64,000 bases of DNA from Antedon mediterranea (lineage: Eukaryota; Animalia; Echinodermata). Below the pieces are notes generated by a model. The model saw nothing but the letters and a program-made list of their open reading frames with translations. It had not been told where the DNA came from and ran no database searches. The stretch covers positions 39,566,304 through 39,630,303 of the forward strand of contig NC_092671.1 in assembly GCF_964355755.1 (NCBI RefSeq). The letters run 5' to 3'. A program made the position numbers and the translations under genes. Below are positions 1 to 15,456 of this stretch, in pieces; position 1 is the stretch's first letter; every line of letters starts with the position of its first letter.

Positions 1-204
1 TCCCCCGGTAATGGAGTAAAACCACCTGCAGCTTATGTAATGAAAAAAATTAACACCATGTAGAACGATCAACAACGAATGTAGGAACGAAAATTGCATC
101 CCAGCTAATGTAGGACTATCGCCAGCTAATGTAGAAAATATATATTTTACAAACCTAAATGTCTAAATCATGTGCAAATGCATCTGTTTACTTAGCTATC
201 CATC

Positions 205-745
205 TATCCACGTCTCGTAACCGACCAACTTTCTAAAACGACCACACATCGTAAGCAACCAACTCTTTTAAGGGACCGTTTCTCATAATCGACTTCCTCT
301 CTCGTAACGACAACTTTTTTGGGTGACCACCTCTATTAAACGGCCATCGTCTCTGTTAAGGGATCGCTTCCCATAATCGACCAACTATTGTAAGTGATCA
401 CATCCTCTCATTATGGACCGCTTCTCATAATCGACCACCTCTCGTAGTAAGCGACCACCTCTCTTAACAACCACAACTCTCGTAAGCGACCGCTTTTTAT
501 TTTCGACCGCCTCTCGTAAGTGATGATCTCTTTTAGAAGACCACCATATCTCTAAATGGACCGCTTCTCATAATATACCAACTCTTGTATAAATCACCTC
601 TCTTAAGTGACCACTTCTAATAAACGACCTCTCTGTTAGGAGACCGCTTCTCATAATCGATCACATATCGTAAGCGACCACCTCCCTTATCGACCACATC
701 TTTCGTAAGTGACCACCTATTTTAAAGGACCACTACCTCTCGCAA
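205..745. repeat. Degenerate array of ~20-bp (TAAG)CGACCACCTCT units, probably the interior of a non-autonomous DNA transposon
   Basis: Recurrent cgaccacctct/cgaccgcttct variants at ~20-bp spacing. No terminal repeats identified. Confidence 0.55.
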
Positions 746-1078
746 TCTACCATTGTGGCTCACTAAAAAGTACCCGGTTTCCTTAATAGGGTGTCCTCTA
801 CATTTTAAAAATAAATAAATTTAACCAGTATGTAGTGTTAAAACGTATATATTTCCCCTTGTTTATTTTAAAAAAAAAGTGGCGATTTTTATATCTACTC
901 TGTCGCACATTCACCAAGCGTACACAATAATTCTAGTAGGACAATTAATTATTTATACTTTTCAAGTTAGTTTTTTATTGCCTGAGTGAATTATTACCAG
1001 ATTGAGGGCGTAGTTATTTTGTATGGGAGGCTGCACTCAATTTGAAGTTTATATGGGGGTATTTAGAATGTAAACACG

Positions 1079-1114
1079 GTACAATCAGGGAGATGTAAAT
1101 CTCCCTGGTACAAT
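1079..1114. mobile_element. Probable transposon excision footprint: 22-bp palindrome between 7-bp direct repeats
   Basis: gtacaat-CAGGGAGAT-gtaa-ATCTCCCTG-gtacaat. Confidence 0.55.
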
Positions 1115-1480
1115 GTGACACGGAATCATCACGGACTGATGGACATTTTTCATAGAAGGTATCTTTTCCCTTTTCAATATTCATTTATCATTGTCAAATA
1201 AAAAAACTAGAAACATAGATAAATATTAAAAGTTAATTAATCAGTGCTTGCCTTAAACGAAAAGTTAAAATATATGGAACGCCAAACTGTAATGTTATTA
1301 TAATGCATTGATGAGAATGGTGATGTGAACTGCGGTAATAAATAATAAATAATATTAAAAAACAAAATAAAATTAAAATATTTAAAGAATCCATAATACA
1401 GTTTTAAGGTCAATAGTAAACCTACAAAGAGATTGAATATCATCAATACAATAAACACATTTTTTTTTTTTTTTTAACAG

Positions 1481-4415
1481 TTGGAAAAAGATACGCGAAA
1501 GGTATTATTGGAAGGGGTCATTTGATGGTGTTCGTAATTTTATAGCCGCCTGTGATCAGTGCCAACGGAAAGAAGTTTTAAAAAAAGCAAAAGTGCCACT
1601 TCAACCTATACCCGTAACAGATACTGCTTTCAGACAGATCGGTATGGATATTGTTGGGCCTTTGGTAAAGACAGAAAATGGTAAGGTATCTCATGACAAA
1701 TTACTGAAAAACAAAAATGCTGTGACTGGATAAAAAAGCTAAATCAAAACGTAAAAGTAAAAAGCAAGAAGACATGAATGAAATACGTTCAGAAAACTTT
1801 GTAATTCATTCTTCAGGGCCTAAAATTACAGTTAATAATTAGTTCTGTTCGGCCTTTATTGTAATAGGGCTGAACTTAAATTTATTATTGTAAAGGCACA
1901 AGCGCAATTTCTGTGAGGTTTCTTGAAATTGTTAACTAAACTAAAATTATGACAGTTCTCTTTTTTACACTGTCAACAAAAACTAGATTTACCAAGAATC
2001 AGATGCTCTTATTATTGTCACCGGATTTACATCGATTATGGCTATACTGTAATAATCTTTATTTCTGCCTGTTTTAATTTGATCCAAACCATGACTGGGG
2101 TAATACTGTTCAGCGCATAGAGGTTTTACAACATTAGGCGCTATGTAAATCCACGATATTATTATTGTTCTTGTTCTTATTATATTTATTGATATTAATA
2201 TTGTTATTATTATTGTTATTTCATTCGTACAGTTCGGGTGTTGTACATCTCATCATGACATTTTGACACTACTATTATTACGGCTTATTATATTATTATT
2301 TGCTGTGTTTCAGGTAATCGGTACTTACTTGTATTTACGGAGTAGGCCTACCTTACCAAATGGGTGGAAGCTGATGCAATTCCAGATAAATCTGCTAAAA
2401 CAGTGCTGAGATCTTTTATTGATTTTGTCTGCAGACATGGAACACCTTCTATATTGATTACAGACCAGGGTAGAGAGTTTTGTAATGAGCTGAATGACAG
2501 CTTCTGTAAGCTGATTGGGGTAGACCACATAGTTGCCTCACCATACCATCCTCAAACAGGCGGGCAAACGGAGCGCTTTAACAGAACACTTTGCACAATG
2601 CTTATGACGTTGACCAACGCAGACCAAAATGACTGGGATATACAACTCCCATACGTGTTGTTTGCCTACAGAACATCCGAGCACAAGTCTACGAAATGTG
2701 ACCCATTCTCATTAGTTTACGGTAGAAAGGCTGTGTTGCCTGTAGAATTACGTATTCCCATCGTTTCGTCTAATAAAGATGACATATCCGGAACTGTTCC
2801 TTTAAAAATAAGAGTGGACGCTTTTTTGAAACTCAAAGATTCAAGGAGAAAGGCATCAGAAAATATCAAAAAAGCACAGAAAAAGCAAAAACATTATCAT
2901 TATGCTGGTGTTAAAAGCAACACGTACTATGCAGGAGATCAAGTGCTCTTGCAGAATTCCAGAAATTTGTCAAGAAAGGGAGGCAAACTTAATGCTCGAT
3001 GGACTGGTCCATATATTATAGAAAAAGTCCTCACTCACAATACATATCGACTAAAAGGAAGAAGGGCTATTGTTAACGGAAACAAGATCAGACATTACAA
3101 GTCCGATAAAACAACCTCTTTGAACTGTCCATCATCAAGCACTAAACAGAAATGTAATACCAATGATAAGCATCTCCCTCCAAAGAAACGAAAGCGAACG
3201 CCAGACATCCCACCTGAAGTAACGCACCATGATAACATACCTACATCCAAGAATGGTGATATCACACCGGATGATCACATTATTAACATACCTACATCCA
3301 AGAATGTTGATGATAACGATAACAGACCTACATCCAAGAATTATGATATCACACCGGATGATCACATTAACATACCTACATCCAAGAACGATGATATCAC
3401 ACTGGATAATCACGATAACATACCTACATTAGACAATGATAATGTCGCACCGGATGATGACCATGACAACAGTAGGCATGTATCTGATAGTGATGTGGTA
3501 TACCTCAACACGAAAACTTCAAGAAAGTTATTCTTTCCTGTCGATGCCAATTGGCAGCTTGAAAAGGCAGCACCATTTGGTATCAATGTCAAAAATTTTC
3601 ACAAAACTCACTTAAAATGTGAAATGGACAAGGCAGCCAGGCCTACTAAAGTTGTTAATATGAGAGGGGACGGCAACTGTCTTTTTAGGGCTTTGAGTTA
3701 TATTCTCTTTGGTGTCCAGAACTACCATGTAGTTGTACGGGATTACATACTAAACTATATGTCCATGAACAAAAACCTATTTGAAAAAATTGAATCCAGA
3801 TCATTTGAACGATACGTGGAAGACACGAGAATGGGGGAATATGGGACATGGGGTTCGGACATCGAAATCATGGCATTTGCGACCATGTCAAATACGAATG
3901 TTTATGTTTACAGTAAATATGGAAGAAGGAAAGGGCTTCCACATTATGAATGGTTGAAATATGCACCAATAAGTAATCAGTTTGGTGATTTAGTATCTGA
4001 AAGAAACATCTACCTATCAAACTTATGTGCACACTTTGAGCCTGTCCTGGATGTAGACAAGAAAACTTATGACGCTGAATTAAAATACACTCGTACACCA
4101 TACGCACCAATCAAAAACCACCTTGCACGGAAATACTGGGATATTGTATCCGATGTGACCCTCAATGCTGCTCTGGTAGATAATTACGAAGATGAAGCGG
4201 TAATGCGTTCCGAAGGCATTATGGACGTTATATACGTATCTGAATTCACGGACACACATTATGACATTGAAGCAGTCAACCATCTAAAAGATGATATCGA
4301 TCCAAATATATTCAATTTGCTTTGTGACATGGAACATTTCCCGGAAAGGATTCATCAGAGCAACAATGAAGTACCTGGACAATTATATGTTGATTCATAC
4401 AACGTCACTCTTTAA
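1481..4415 (+). mobile_element. Ginger-type DNA transposon gene (Gypsy-like integrase + OTU domain), intron-containing, disrupted
   Basis: Exon 1481-1681 reads WKKIRERYYW..CDQCQR..IGMDIVGPL (C2 half of the H2C2 finger and first catalytic D). A GT-AG intron runs to 2313. The next exon has ITDQGREF, YHPQTGGQTERFNRTL, W-GPY and an OTU motif (GDGNCLFRALS..WGSDIEI..HFE). In-frame TAG at 2343. No RT or RNase H nearby. Confidence 0.8.
3225..3470 (+). repeat. Coding minisatellite (DNIPTSKNxDITPDDH-like, 4-5 copies) in the integrase-OTU linker
   Basis: Repeated aacatacctacatccaagaa units in the 683-aa ORF. Confidence 0.8.
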
Positions 4416-4529
4416 CTGTAGGCCTACCTATGACCGGTAATCTCAACATACACAGAAGCATTAAATGGTGAAAAGGGTATTTGTTTACCTTATAGAGGTA
4501 AGTTTCGTTAATGCTTTGATTTTTTACAG

Positions 4530-4810
4530 GTGCTTCCGTCAAGAGGAGATTGTCGGCTTTGTCTGAAACTCATCGACGAAGAAATACCAATTGCATTTGT
4601 CGGACCAGAAAGAAGAACATAGATTCACCACAGCGGCTAATTAAAGCGTCACCATCTTTCATTGAATCAACAGAAGACGAATATCTGAGCATAAGTACGT
4701 CAAAGGCTCAAGGGGTCTAATGGCAGGTAACAACAGATCAAATACAGTGTGTCCAGTGTAAACATGCAATGATGTGTCATGCGCCCTGCTTTGATCGCTA
4801 CAAGGATTAA
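4530..4810 (+). pseudogene. Decayed downstream exon encoding a Cys/His-rich finger
   Basis: After the ttttttacag acceptor: RGDCRLCLK, then later CVQCKHAMMCHAPCFDRYKD*. Interrupted by a stop. Confidence 0.45.
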
Positions 4811-5470
4811 AAAATTAATTAAAAAGCAAATTGTATAAAAGAATAACGCGACTAAAGGTCCGGTAAGGTAAAAGTACGTGAATTAGATTGTAACTAGTGT
4901 TTATTTTTATTGTATTTTTATGTTTAAAAAACTTTTTCATATTTACAACTCATATGATTCTGTTTCATAATGTTATGCAATTTTCTTCTATAATATGTTT
5001 TCTTTGGTCAAAGGGGCACATACAAACGTGCAACCTACCCTCGCTATGATCATCAACCTTGACGTGGTAGCGAGGCTTGCGTGCTTCCAATGTATTGGTA
5101 GCCAGACCAATGATGATCAATAACAAAGTAAAATAAATACAAACACACTTACTGAAACAAGTTTTAATAGCAATAAATAAATAAATAAATAAATATTTTT
5201 CTGTAACTATTGTTCATTATTATTACACTATTATTATTTTATCCTGTTAATATAAGTAATGATCAATGATATATAATTTATGTTTACAAAACTCGTTCAT
5301 ATTTACAACTCATTCTGACAAGACAACAACATTTAATATTTTTGTAATTCACAATTCATACATTTATTTGTAATGTATTCATGAATTTGCTTTTCCTTCA
5401 TCCAATCTACATAGTAGATATATGAAGCTATTGTTCTAACCACGTGACTATGTAGCATAGAACATTAATT

Positions 5471-7742
<2,272 letters not shown>

Positions 7743-7759
7743 TTCCATATATATGTTCT

Positions 7760-7946
7760 ATAGTTCAGTAACAAGTGTACATTATTGTAAATATAACAAA
7801 TACATATATATATATATATATATATATACAGACAGTAACAAGTGTACATTATTGTAAATATAACAAATACATATATATTATATATATATATATATGTATA
7901 TGTATTTGTTATATTTACAATAATGTACACTTGTTACTGAACTATG
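7760..7946. repeat. Foldback (inverted repeat) with internal (TA)n
   Basis: tagttcagtaacaagtgtacattattgtaaatataacaaatac ... gtatttgttatatttacaataatgtacacttgttactgaacta. One arm is also directly duplicated. Confidence 0.75.
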
Positions 7947-8681
7947 GAGAATTTTTTTTTTCCGAAATAAAAGAAGAATGAATGAATGAATTTATTTTCA
8001 ATCTTTCTACATAACAACAAATATATAGTATAACAGGGGAGTAGCGGAAAAGCAAAAGTAAAGTAAATTTGAACCAGCCAAACATGTATGAAACATTATC
8101 CAGTAAGCACATTTTATAAGAAGCTTTTGTTTATTAAAATGGGTTTCTCTGAAATTCCAGAAGTTTATTAAACATTGAAAATAACACAATCGCCTTTAAA
8201 CAAAATGCTGTTCAAAAAAAGAATCGGTTGAAGCAAGCGTTCTTATAACATCCGATAAAATGAAGGTTCAATAAAGTAGCCCTATTAACAAATGTATGAG
8301 GTCTCAGGCCTATCCCATATTAATTATTTGTATAGATACATTAATTTTAAGATTCCAGATACCGAATTGTTGTTTTTTTACATAACAAGTCATTTTTTCT
8401 TTGAATATAAATTCTGATTTAAGGACAAAATACTAAAATAAATACTTACACCAAAGGTGCATAAAAACGTGTTGATGTGGCGCTATATCGATGTCATTAT
8501 CTTTGCATTCACCCTAGACGCACATAGTGTGACACCCCTACCATATTCTCGATGTGACGATCAATGTACCAATTAACATAATACTTCAGTAAAACTGATT
8601 ATGTTTTTTCAAGAGATCAGCTATATCGTGTTGATTATAAAAAGGTGCAACTTTTAATTGATTGGGGATTAAACAAGTAAA

Positions 8682-11600
8682 CTATTTATTCTTCTTGTCT
8701 TTACTCGTACAAAATAATATAACGGTCGCTAATTGGAAGTGTTTAAACTAAAGTGATCTATAATTGGAAGAGGACCCGTACAATTACTTGTTTTTTATCA
8801 CATGATTATAAACTATTTATTCTTCTTGTCTTAACTAGTATTTATTCTTCTTGTCTTTATTCATACAAAATAATATAACGGTCGCTAAATGGAAGTGTCT
8901 TAAAGTAAAGTGACCTTTAATTGGAAGAGGACCAGTACAATTACTTATTTTTTATCACATGATTAAAATCTATTTATTCTTCTTGTCTGTACTCATACAA
9001 AATAATATAACGGTCGCTAATTGGAAGTGTCTTAAAGTAAAGTGATCTTTAATTGGAAGAGGACCAGTACAATTACTTGTTTTTTATCACATGATTAAAA
9101 TCTATTTATTCTTCTTGTCTGTACTCATACAAAATAATATAACGGTCGCTAAATGGAAGTGTCTTAAAGTAAAGTGACCTTTGATCTTTCATTGGAAGAG
9201 GACCAGTACAATTACTTATTTTATATCACATGATTATAAACTATTTATGCTTCTTGTTTTTATTCATAAAAAATAATATAACGGTCGCTAATTGGAAGTG
9301 TTTTAAAGTAAAGTGATCTTTCATTGGAAGAGGACCAGTACAATTACTTGTTTTTTATCACATGAATAAAATCTATTTATTCTTCTTGTCTGTACTCATA
9401 CAAAATAATATAACGGTCGCTAAATGGAAGTGTCTTACAGTAAAGTGACCTTTAATTGGAAGAGGACCAGTACAATTACTTATTTTTTATCACATGATTA
9501 AAATCTATTTATTCTTCTTGTCTGTACTCATACAAAATAATATAACGGTCGCTAATTGGAAGTGTCTTAAAGTAAAGTGATCTTTAATTGGAAGAGGACC
9601 AGTACAATTACTTGTTTTTTATCACATGATTAAAATCTATTTATTCTTCTTGTCTGTACTCATACAAAATAATATAACGGTCGCTAAATGGAAGTGTCTT
9701 AAAGTAAAGTGATCTTTCATTGGAAGAGGACCAGTACAATTACTTGTTTTTTATCACATGATTAAAATCTATTTATTCTTCTAATTGTCTGTACTCATAC
9801 AAAATAATATAACGGTCGCTAATTGGAGGTGTCTTACAGTAAAGTGACCTTTAATTGGAAGAGGACCAGTACAATTACTTATTTTATATCACATGATTAT
9901 AAACTATTTATGCTTCTTGTTTTTATTCATAAAAAATAATATAACGGTCGCTAATTGGAAGTGTCTTAAAGTAAAGTGATCTTTCATTGGAAGAGGACCA
10001 GTACAATTACTTGTTTTTTATCACATGATTAAAATCTATTTATTCTTCTTGTCTGTACTCATACAAAATTATATAACGGTCGCTAATTGGAAGTGTCTTA
10101 CAGTAAAGTGACCTTTAATTGGAAGAGTACCCGTACAATTACTTATTTTATATCACATGATTATAAACTATTTATTATTCTTGTCTTTATTCATACAAAA
10201 TAATATAACGGTCGCTAAATGGAAGTGTCTTGAAGTAAAGTGACCTTTAATTGGAAGAGGACCAGTACAATTACTTATTTTTTATCACATGATTAAAATC
10301 TATTTATTCTTCTTGTCTGTACTCATACAAAATAATATAACGGTCGCTAATTGGAAGTGTCTTAAAGTAAAGTGATCTTTAATTGGAAGAGGACCAGTAC
10401 AATTACTTGTTTTTTTATCACATGATTAAAATCTATTTATTCTTCTTGTCTGTACTCATACAAAATAATATAACGGTCGCTAAATGGAAGTGTCTTAAAG
10501 TAAAGTGATCTTTCATTGGAAGAGGACCAGTACAATTACTTGTTTTTTATTACATGATTAAAATCTATTTATTCTTCTAATTGTCTGTACTCATACAAAA
10601 TAATATAACGGTCGCTAATTGGAAGTGTCTTAAAGTAAAGTGATCTTTAATTGGAAGAAGACCAGTACAATTACTTATTTTATATCACATGATTATAAAC
10701 TATTTATGCTTCATGTTTTTATTCATAAAAAATAATATAACGGTCGCTAATTGGAAGTGTCTTAAAGTAAAGTGATCTTTCATTGGAAGAGGACCGGTAC
10801 AATTACTTGTTTTTTATCACATGATTAAAATCTATTTATTCTTCTTGTCTGTACTCATACAAAATAATATAACGGTCGCTAATTGGAAGTGTCTTACAGT
10901 AAAGTGACCTTTAATTGGAAGAGGACCAGTACAATTACTTGTTTTTTATCACATGATTAAAATCTATTTATTCTTCTTGTCTGTACTCATACAAAATAAT
11001 ATAACGGTCGCTAATTGGAAGTGTCTTACAGTAAAGTGACCTTTAATTGGAAGAGGACCAGTACAATTACTTGTTTTTTATCACATGATTAAAATCTATT
11101 TATTCTTCTTGTCTGTACTCATACAAAACAATATAACGGTCGCTAATTGGAAGTGTCTTAAAGTAAAGTGATCTTTAATTGAAAGAGGACCAGTACAATT
11201 ACTTGTTTTTTTGTCATATGATTAAAATCTATTTATTATTCTTGCCTTTATTCATACAAAATAATATAACGGTCGCTAATTGGAAGTGTTTAAATTAAAG
11301 TGATCTTTAATTGGAAGAGGACCAGTACAATTACTTGTTTTTTATCACATGATTAAAATCTATTTATTCTTCTTGTTTCTATTCATACAAAACAATAATA
11401 ACGGTCGCTAATTGGAAGTGTTTAAATTTAAGTGATCTTTAATTGGAAGAGGACCAGTACAATTACTTGTTTTTTATCACATGATTATAAACTATTTATT
11501 ATTCTTGTCTTTACTCATACAAAATAATAAAACGGTCGCTAATTGGAAGTGTTTAATTTTAAGTGATCTTTAATTGGAAGAGGACCAGTACAATTACTTG

Positions 11601-11840
11601 TTTTTTGTCACATGATTAAAAACTATTATTACTCTTGTCTTTACTCATACAAAACAATAAAAATGGTCGCTAATTGGAAGTGTCTAAACTAAAGTGTTCT
11701 TTAATTGGAAGAGGACCAGTATAATTACTTGTTTTTATTACATGATTATTATTATATTGTTATTTATTCTTCTTGTCTTTATTCATACCAAATAATATAA
11801 TGGTCGCTAATTGGAGGTGTTTTAAGCCAAGTAATCTTTG
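8682..11840. repeat. ~132-bp tandem satellite, ~24 copies
   Basis: Unit tatttattcttcttgtctgtactcatacaaaataatataacggtcgctaattggaagtg...gaggaccagtacaattacttg...; period read from 8971 to 9103. Confidence 0.95.
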
Positions 11841-14431
11841 AAAAATAAAAACTAGTTTGGCATTATTAACAAATAGTGGTCGTTAAAAAAAGACAAGTGC
11901 ATGCGCAATCACGATCAAAACCTGAATCTCAAATCTCAACCACGGACGGTATTCAATCCAAGGGTCAGACATTATTAAACGCGCCGGACAGCATTAAATT
12001 GTTGGAAAACGCCCGCGAACCCGTTGAAACATGCAATTGGACACTATCCAATGCTGAAAAGTGTCCACCCGGACACTTTTGAATGATGGACACATTTCAA
12101 TCTTACACCGGCTCCACACACAGCAGTATATAATAATATCCTCTGTTCTCGCTAGAGGTTATTTTATCGTACGGCGTAGTAGGAGGCCGGTCTACACATA
12201 GAGGCCTAGCTAGCTTGGCATCTACACAGCAGGTACAGATATCGTACTAATTAATGTTTATAAATAAATGCAAAATTACCAATAACAGCTTGTATATATG
12301 CATTCATCACGATTAAATAATATGGACACCTCCATGACAACATTTTAAAATTAATTTTCTTTCACAATTATTTCAACACGATGATCCTCGTGTTGATGTT
12401 TACAACTAGACTCTTTGCTGTCGTCATATCACTTGTTATCAGCCGCATTTTCCAGTCGTCACAACGCGAAAGAAAACTTTTAACCAAATTGAAGGCGCCA
12501 TTCGTTAATTCATTTTTGGACAGGTAAACCACAAAATTATTTTTTTTAATTTATTTTATTTTTTATTCATTCAGCATCCATTCAACAATACATTTTAAAT
12601 ACATAACAAGGAATAAATACAAAAACATGATTTAAAAATGTATAAAACCAAAGTGAATGAATGCACATAAAATCGACGTCAATTTCTTTCCAATAGGGTA
12701 TTTTCAAGGGTTGAAAAATGGACTTGGCTGCTAGGCCTACGTCTAGTTCTAGAGAAGTACTAATAGTTGCAGTTAAACGTATAAAATATATATTGTTTTC
12801 ATTTTATGTATCGAAATGCGATTCTAGAGTGAATGAATAAATAGTCAAATACCCCGAGAGAAAAAAAAAAGGTATCTAGTTACAGATACCGTAACAATAC
12901 AAAATAGGCCAAGCAAGAGATAAAACTATAACCAGATGAAATTGTTTTCACCATATAGTATAATTTCACACCATGTACAAATATTACCACAATGATAAAT
13001 TAGACGATGAATTTAATATCTCGTTGTTTGCACGCAACAACTTATAACAAAATATTTATACAGCAGCATATGGCAGCTTAACCATTGATGTTGACAATGA
13101 TAACATTATAACATTTATTATGTAAAGATGATTGACGTTTTGTGTTTGTTTGTGATTATCAGTATAGGTCCTTGCATTGTGTTACCATACTTCAATGCCA
13201 ACACGTTAGGTTATAATTATATTCTTATTTAATTTTTTCTATGTGTAAAATAATAATTATGATTTGGTAAAGTTTGAATTGGCTAGTGTTGCTCATTTAA
13301 TCAATTATTTAAAAAACCTTACATTCATTCGTTTTTTAATTTGGTAATTCATTCTTTTGGTCAAAATCAATTTCAATAACAATATACAAGAACAATTACA
13401 ATCAATACATTAAAAGTTTAGTTCAGTCTCCTAGCCCCTGATAGGGTTGTTGAGGCACCACTGCTGAACAATCATATCCTCCATCGGTTTCTGTCCTCTG
13501 TAGCTCCCACTAAAAGTGAGAGTGGTAAAAAAATGGTATAAAAAAATGGTAAAAAAGCATAAATGCAAGAACGATTATAATAAACCATCCTATCAATATT
13601 TCATTTTGTGACTTTTCTGAATATTTCTGGATTTGAACAATTTGATTGGTGGAAAAGCAACTCGTGACGACATGCCGGTCACCAATCTGCAGACAATTTT
13701 TAACAATTATTATTTCGAAAGTTCACGTACGTAACTATAAAACTAGACATGCCCCAAGTTTGTATTTATTGTCTTTTATATTTATTTTCTTAATTTCGAT
13801 TTTTGTCTGAAAATCAAGCTCAAGTAGTATACGTATGACACGCCATATTGCCAAAATATTATCTTTTTTCTAATAGCAAGTCAAAACTCCGTCTGGAACT
13901 CCGACTACTATAAAACATGCAAAAGTGTGATACAGTATTTAAATATATGGCCGGCTGGTCAATTAACCGGCCCTTTTGGAACAAGTCTAAAATAATTTTG
14001 TTAAAAATATGACAAAACATTTATTATCAAGATACTGAATATGGTGGCCCATCTCTTACGGTTTGTTAATTTCATTGATATGCATTGCTTTTGCTATGTC
14101 ATTGTGTTGTTCGTATATTTAATGTATTTTTTGTATTGTGTGTGGGCAAACCTTCGATTAACGAAAGCTATTTTGTTTGCTCCAATTTGCTATTGGTGAA
14201 TAAAGAAAGAAGGAACATCAACAGAAATAAAATACACAATTGGTTCATTTTCTTCACCTCTCCTTTTCAAATGTGCTTACAGTATGTTCACATTCTTTCG
14301 CAAGAGTGTTTACCGATGATGAAATGGTGGAAAAAGTAAATTAAACAAACTATAATGATAACAACAAAGTTATCGGTGGATAATATGTTTTGTGAAAAAC
14401 AAGAATGTGAATATAGACATCTGGACAACAT

Positions 14432-14506
14432 TATATAAGAAGTAGACATGTAATGGACGGCACTTTCGTCTTCGAACCTTCAGGTTATGCTGCATCAAAG
14501 GTATGT
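14432..14506 (+). promoter_or_regulatory. Putative amylase-1 core promoter and non-coding first exon
   Basis: TATATAAG at 14432, Inr-like gcACTTT ~30 nt downstream, AAG|GTATGT donor at 14501. The amylase ATG sits right after an acceptor (tttag|cATG), so an upstream exon is expected. Confidence 0.6.
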
Positions 14507-15456
14507 ACTATGTTGTTGTTTCGTCTTCGAACCATCAGGTTATGCTGCATCAAAGGTATGTACTATGTTGTTGTTTCGTCTTCGAACCATCAGGTTATGC
14601 TGCATCAAAGGTATGTACTATGTTGTTGTTTCGTCTTCGAACCTTCAGGTTATGCTGCATCAAAGGTATGTACTATGTTGTTGTTTCGTCTTCGAACCTT
14701 CAGGTTATGCTGCATCAAAGGTATGTACTATGTTGTTGTTTCGTCTTCGAACCTTCATGTTATGCTGCATCAAAGGTATGTACTATGTTGTTGTTTCGTC
14801 TTCGAACCTTCAGGTTATGCTGCATCAAAGGTATGTACTATGTTGTTGTTTCGTCTTCGAACCATCAGCTTATGCTGCATCAAAGGTATGTACTATGTTG
14901 TTGTTTCGTCTTCGAACCATCAGGTAATGCTGCATCAAAGGTATGTACTATGTTGTTGTTTCGTCTTCGAACCATCAGGTAATGCTACATCAAAGGTATG
15001 TACTATGTTGTTGTTTCGTCTTCGAACCATCAGGTTATGCTGCATCAAAGGTATGTACTATGTTGTTGTTTCGTCTTCGAACCATCAGGTAATGCTGCAT
15101 CAAAGGTATGTACTATGTTGTTGTTTCGTCTTCGAACCATCAGGTAATGCTGCATCAAAGGTATGTACTATGTTGTTGTTTCGTCTTCGAACCATCAGGT
15201 AATGCTGCATCAAAGGTATGTACTATGTTGTTGTTTCGTCTTCGAACCATCAGGTAATGCTGCATCAAAGGTATGTACTATGTTGTTGTTTCGTCTTCGA
15301 ACCTTCAGGTTATGCTGCATCAAAGGTATGTACTATGTTGTTGTTTCGTCTTCGAACCATCAGGTAATGCTGCATCAAAGGTATGTACTATGTTGTTGTT
15401 TCGTCTTCGAACCATCAGGTAATGCTGCATCAAAGGTATGTACTATGTTGTTGTTT
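14465..15456. repeat. 55-bp tandem array, ~18 copies
   Basis: Unit ttcgtcttcgaacc(a/t)tcaggt(t/a)atgctgcatcaaaggtatgtactatgttgttgt; one copy only at ~33649-33705. Confidence 0.97.

Noticed and set aside
2364-4415. Gypsy LTR retrotransposon
   Set aside because: No protease, RT, RNase H or LTRs; the integrase is split by introns, which fits Ginger
8682-11840. CRISPR-like appearance of the regular arrays (also 22718, 52855)
   Set aside because: No unique spacers, no cas genes, eukaryotic context
12381-12530. Short hydrophobic reading ending at a CAG|GTAAAC donor-like site
   Set aside because: Frame not conserved in copy 2 (~28248-28395) and no recognisable product
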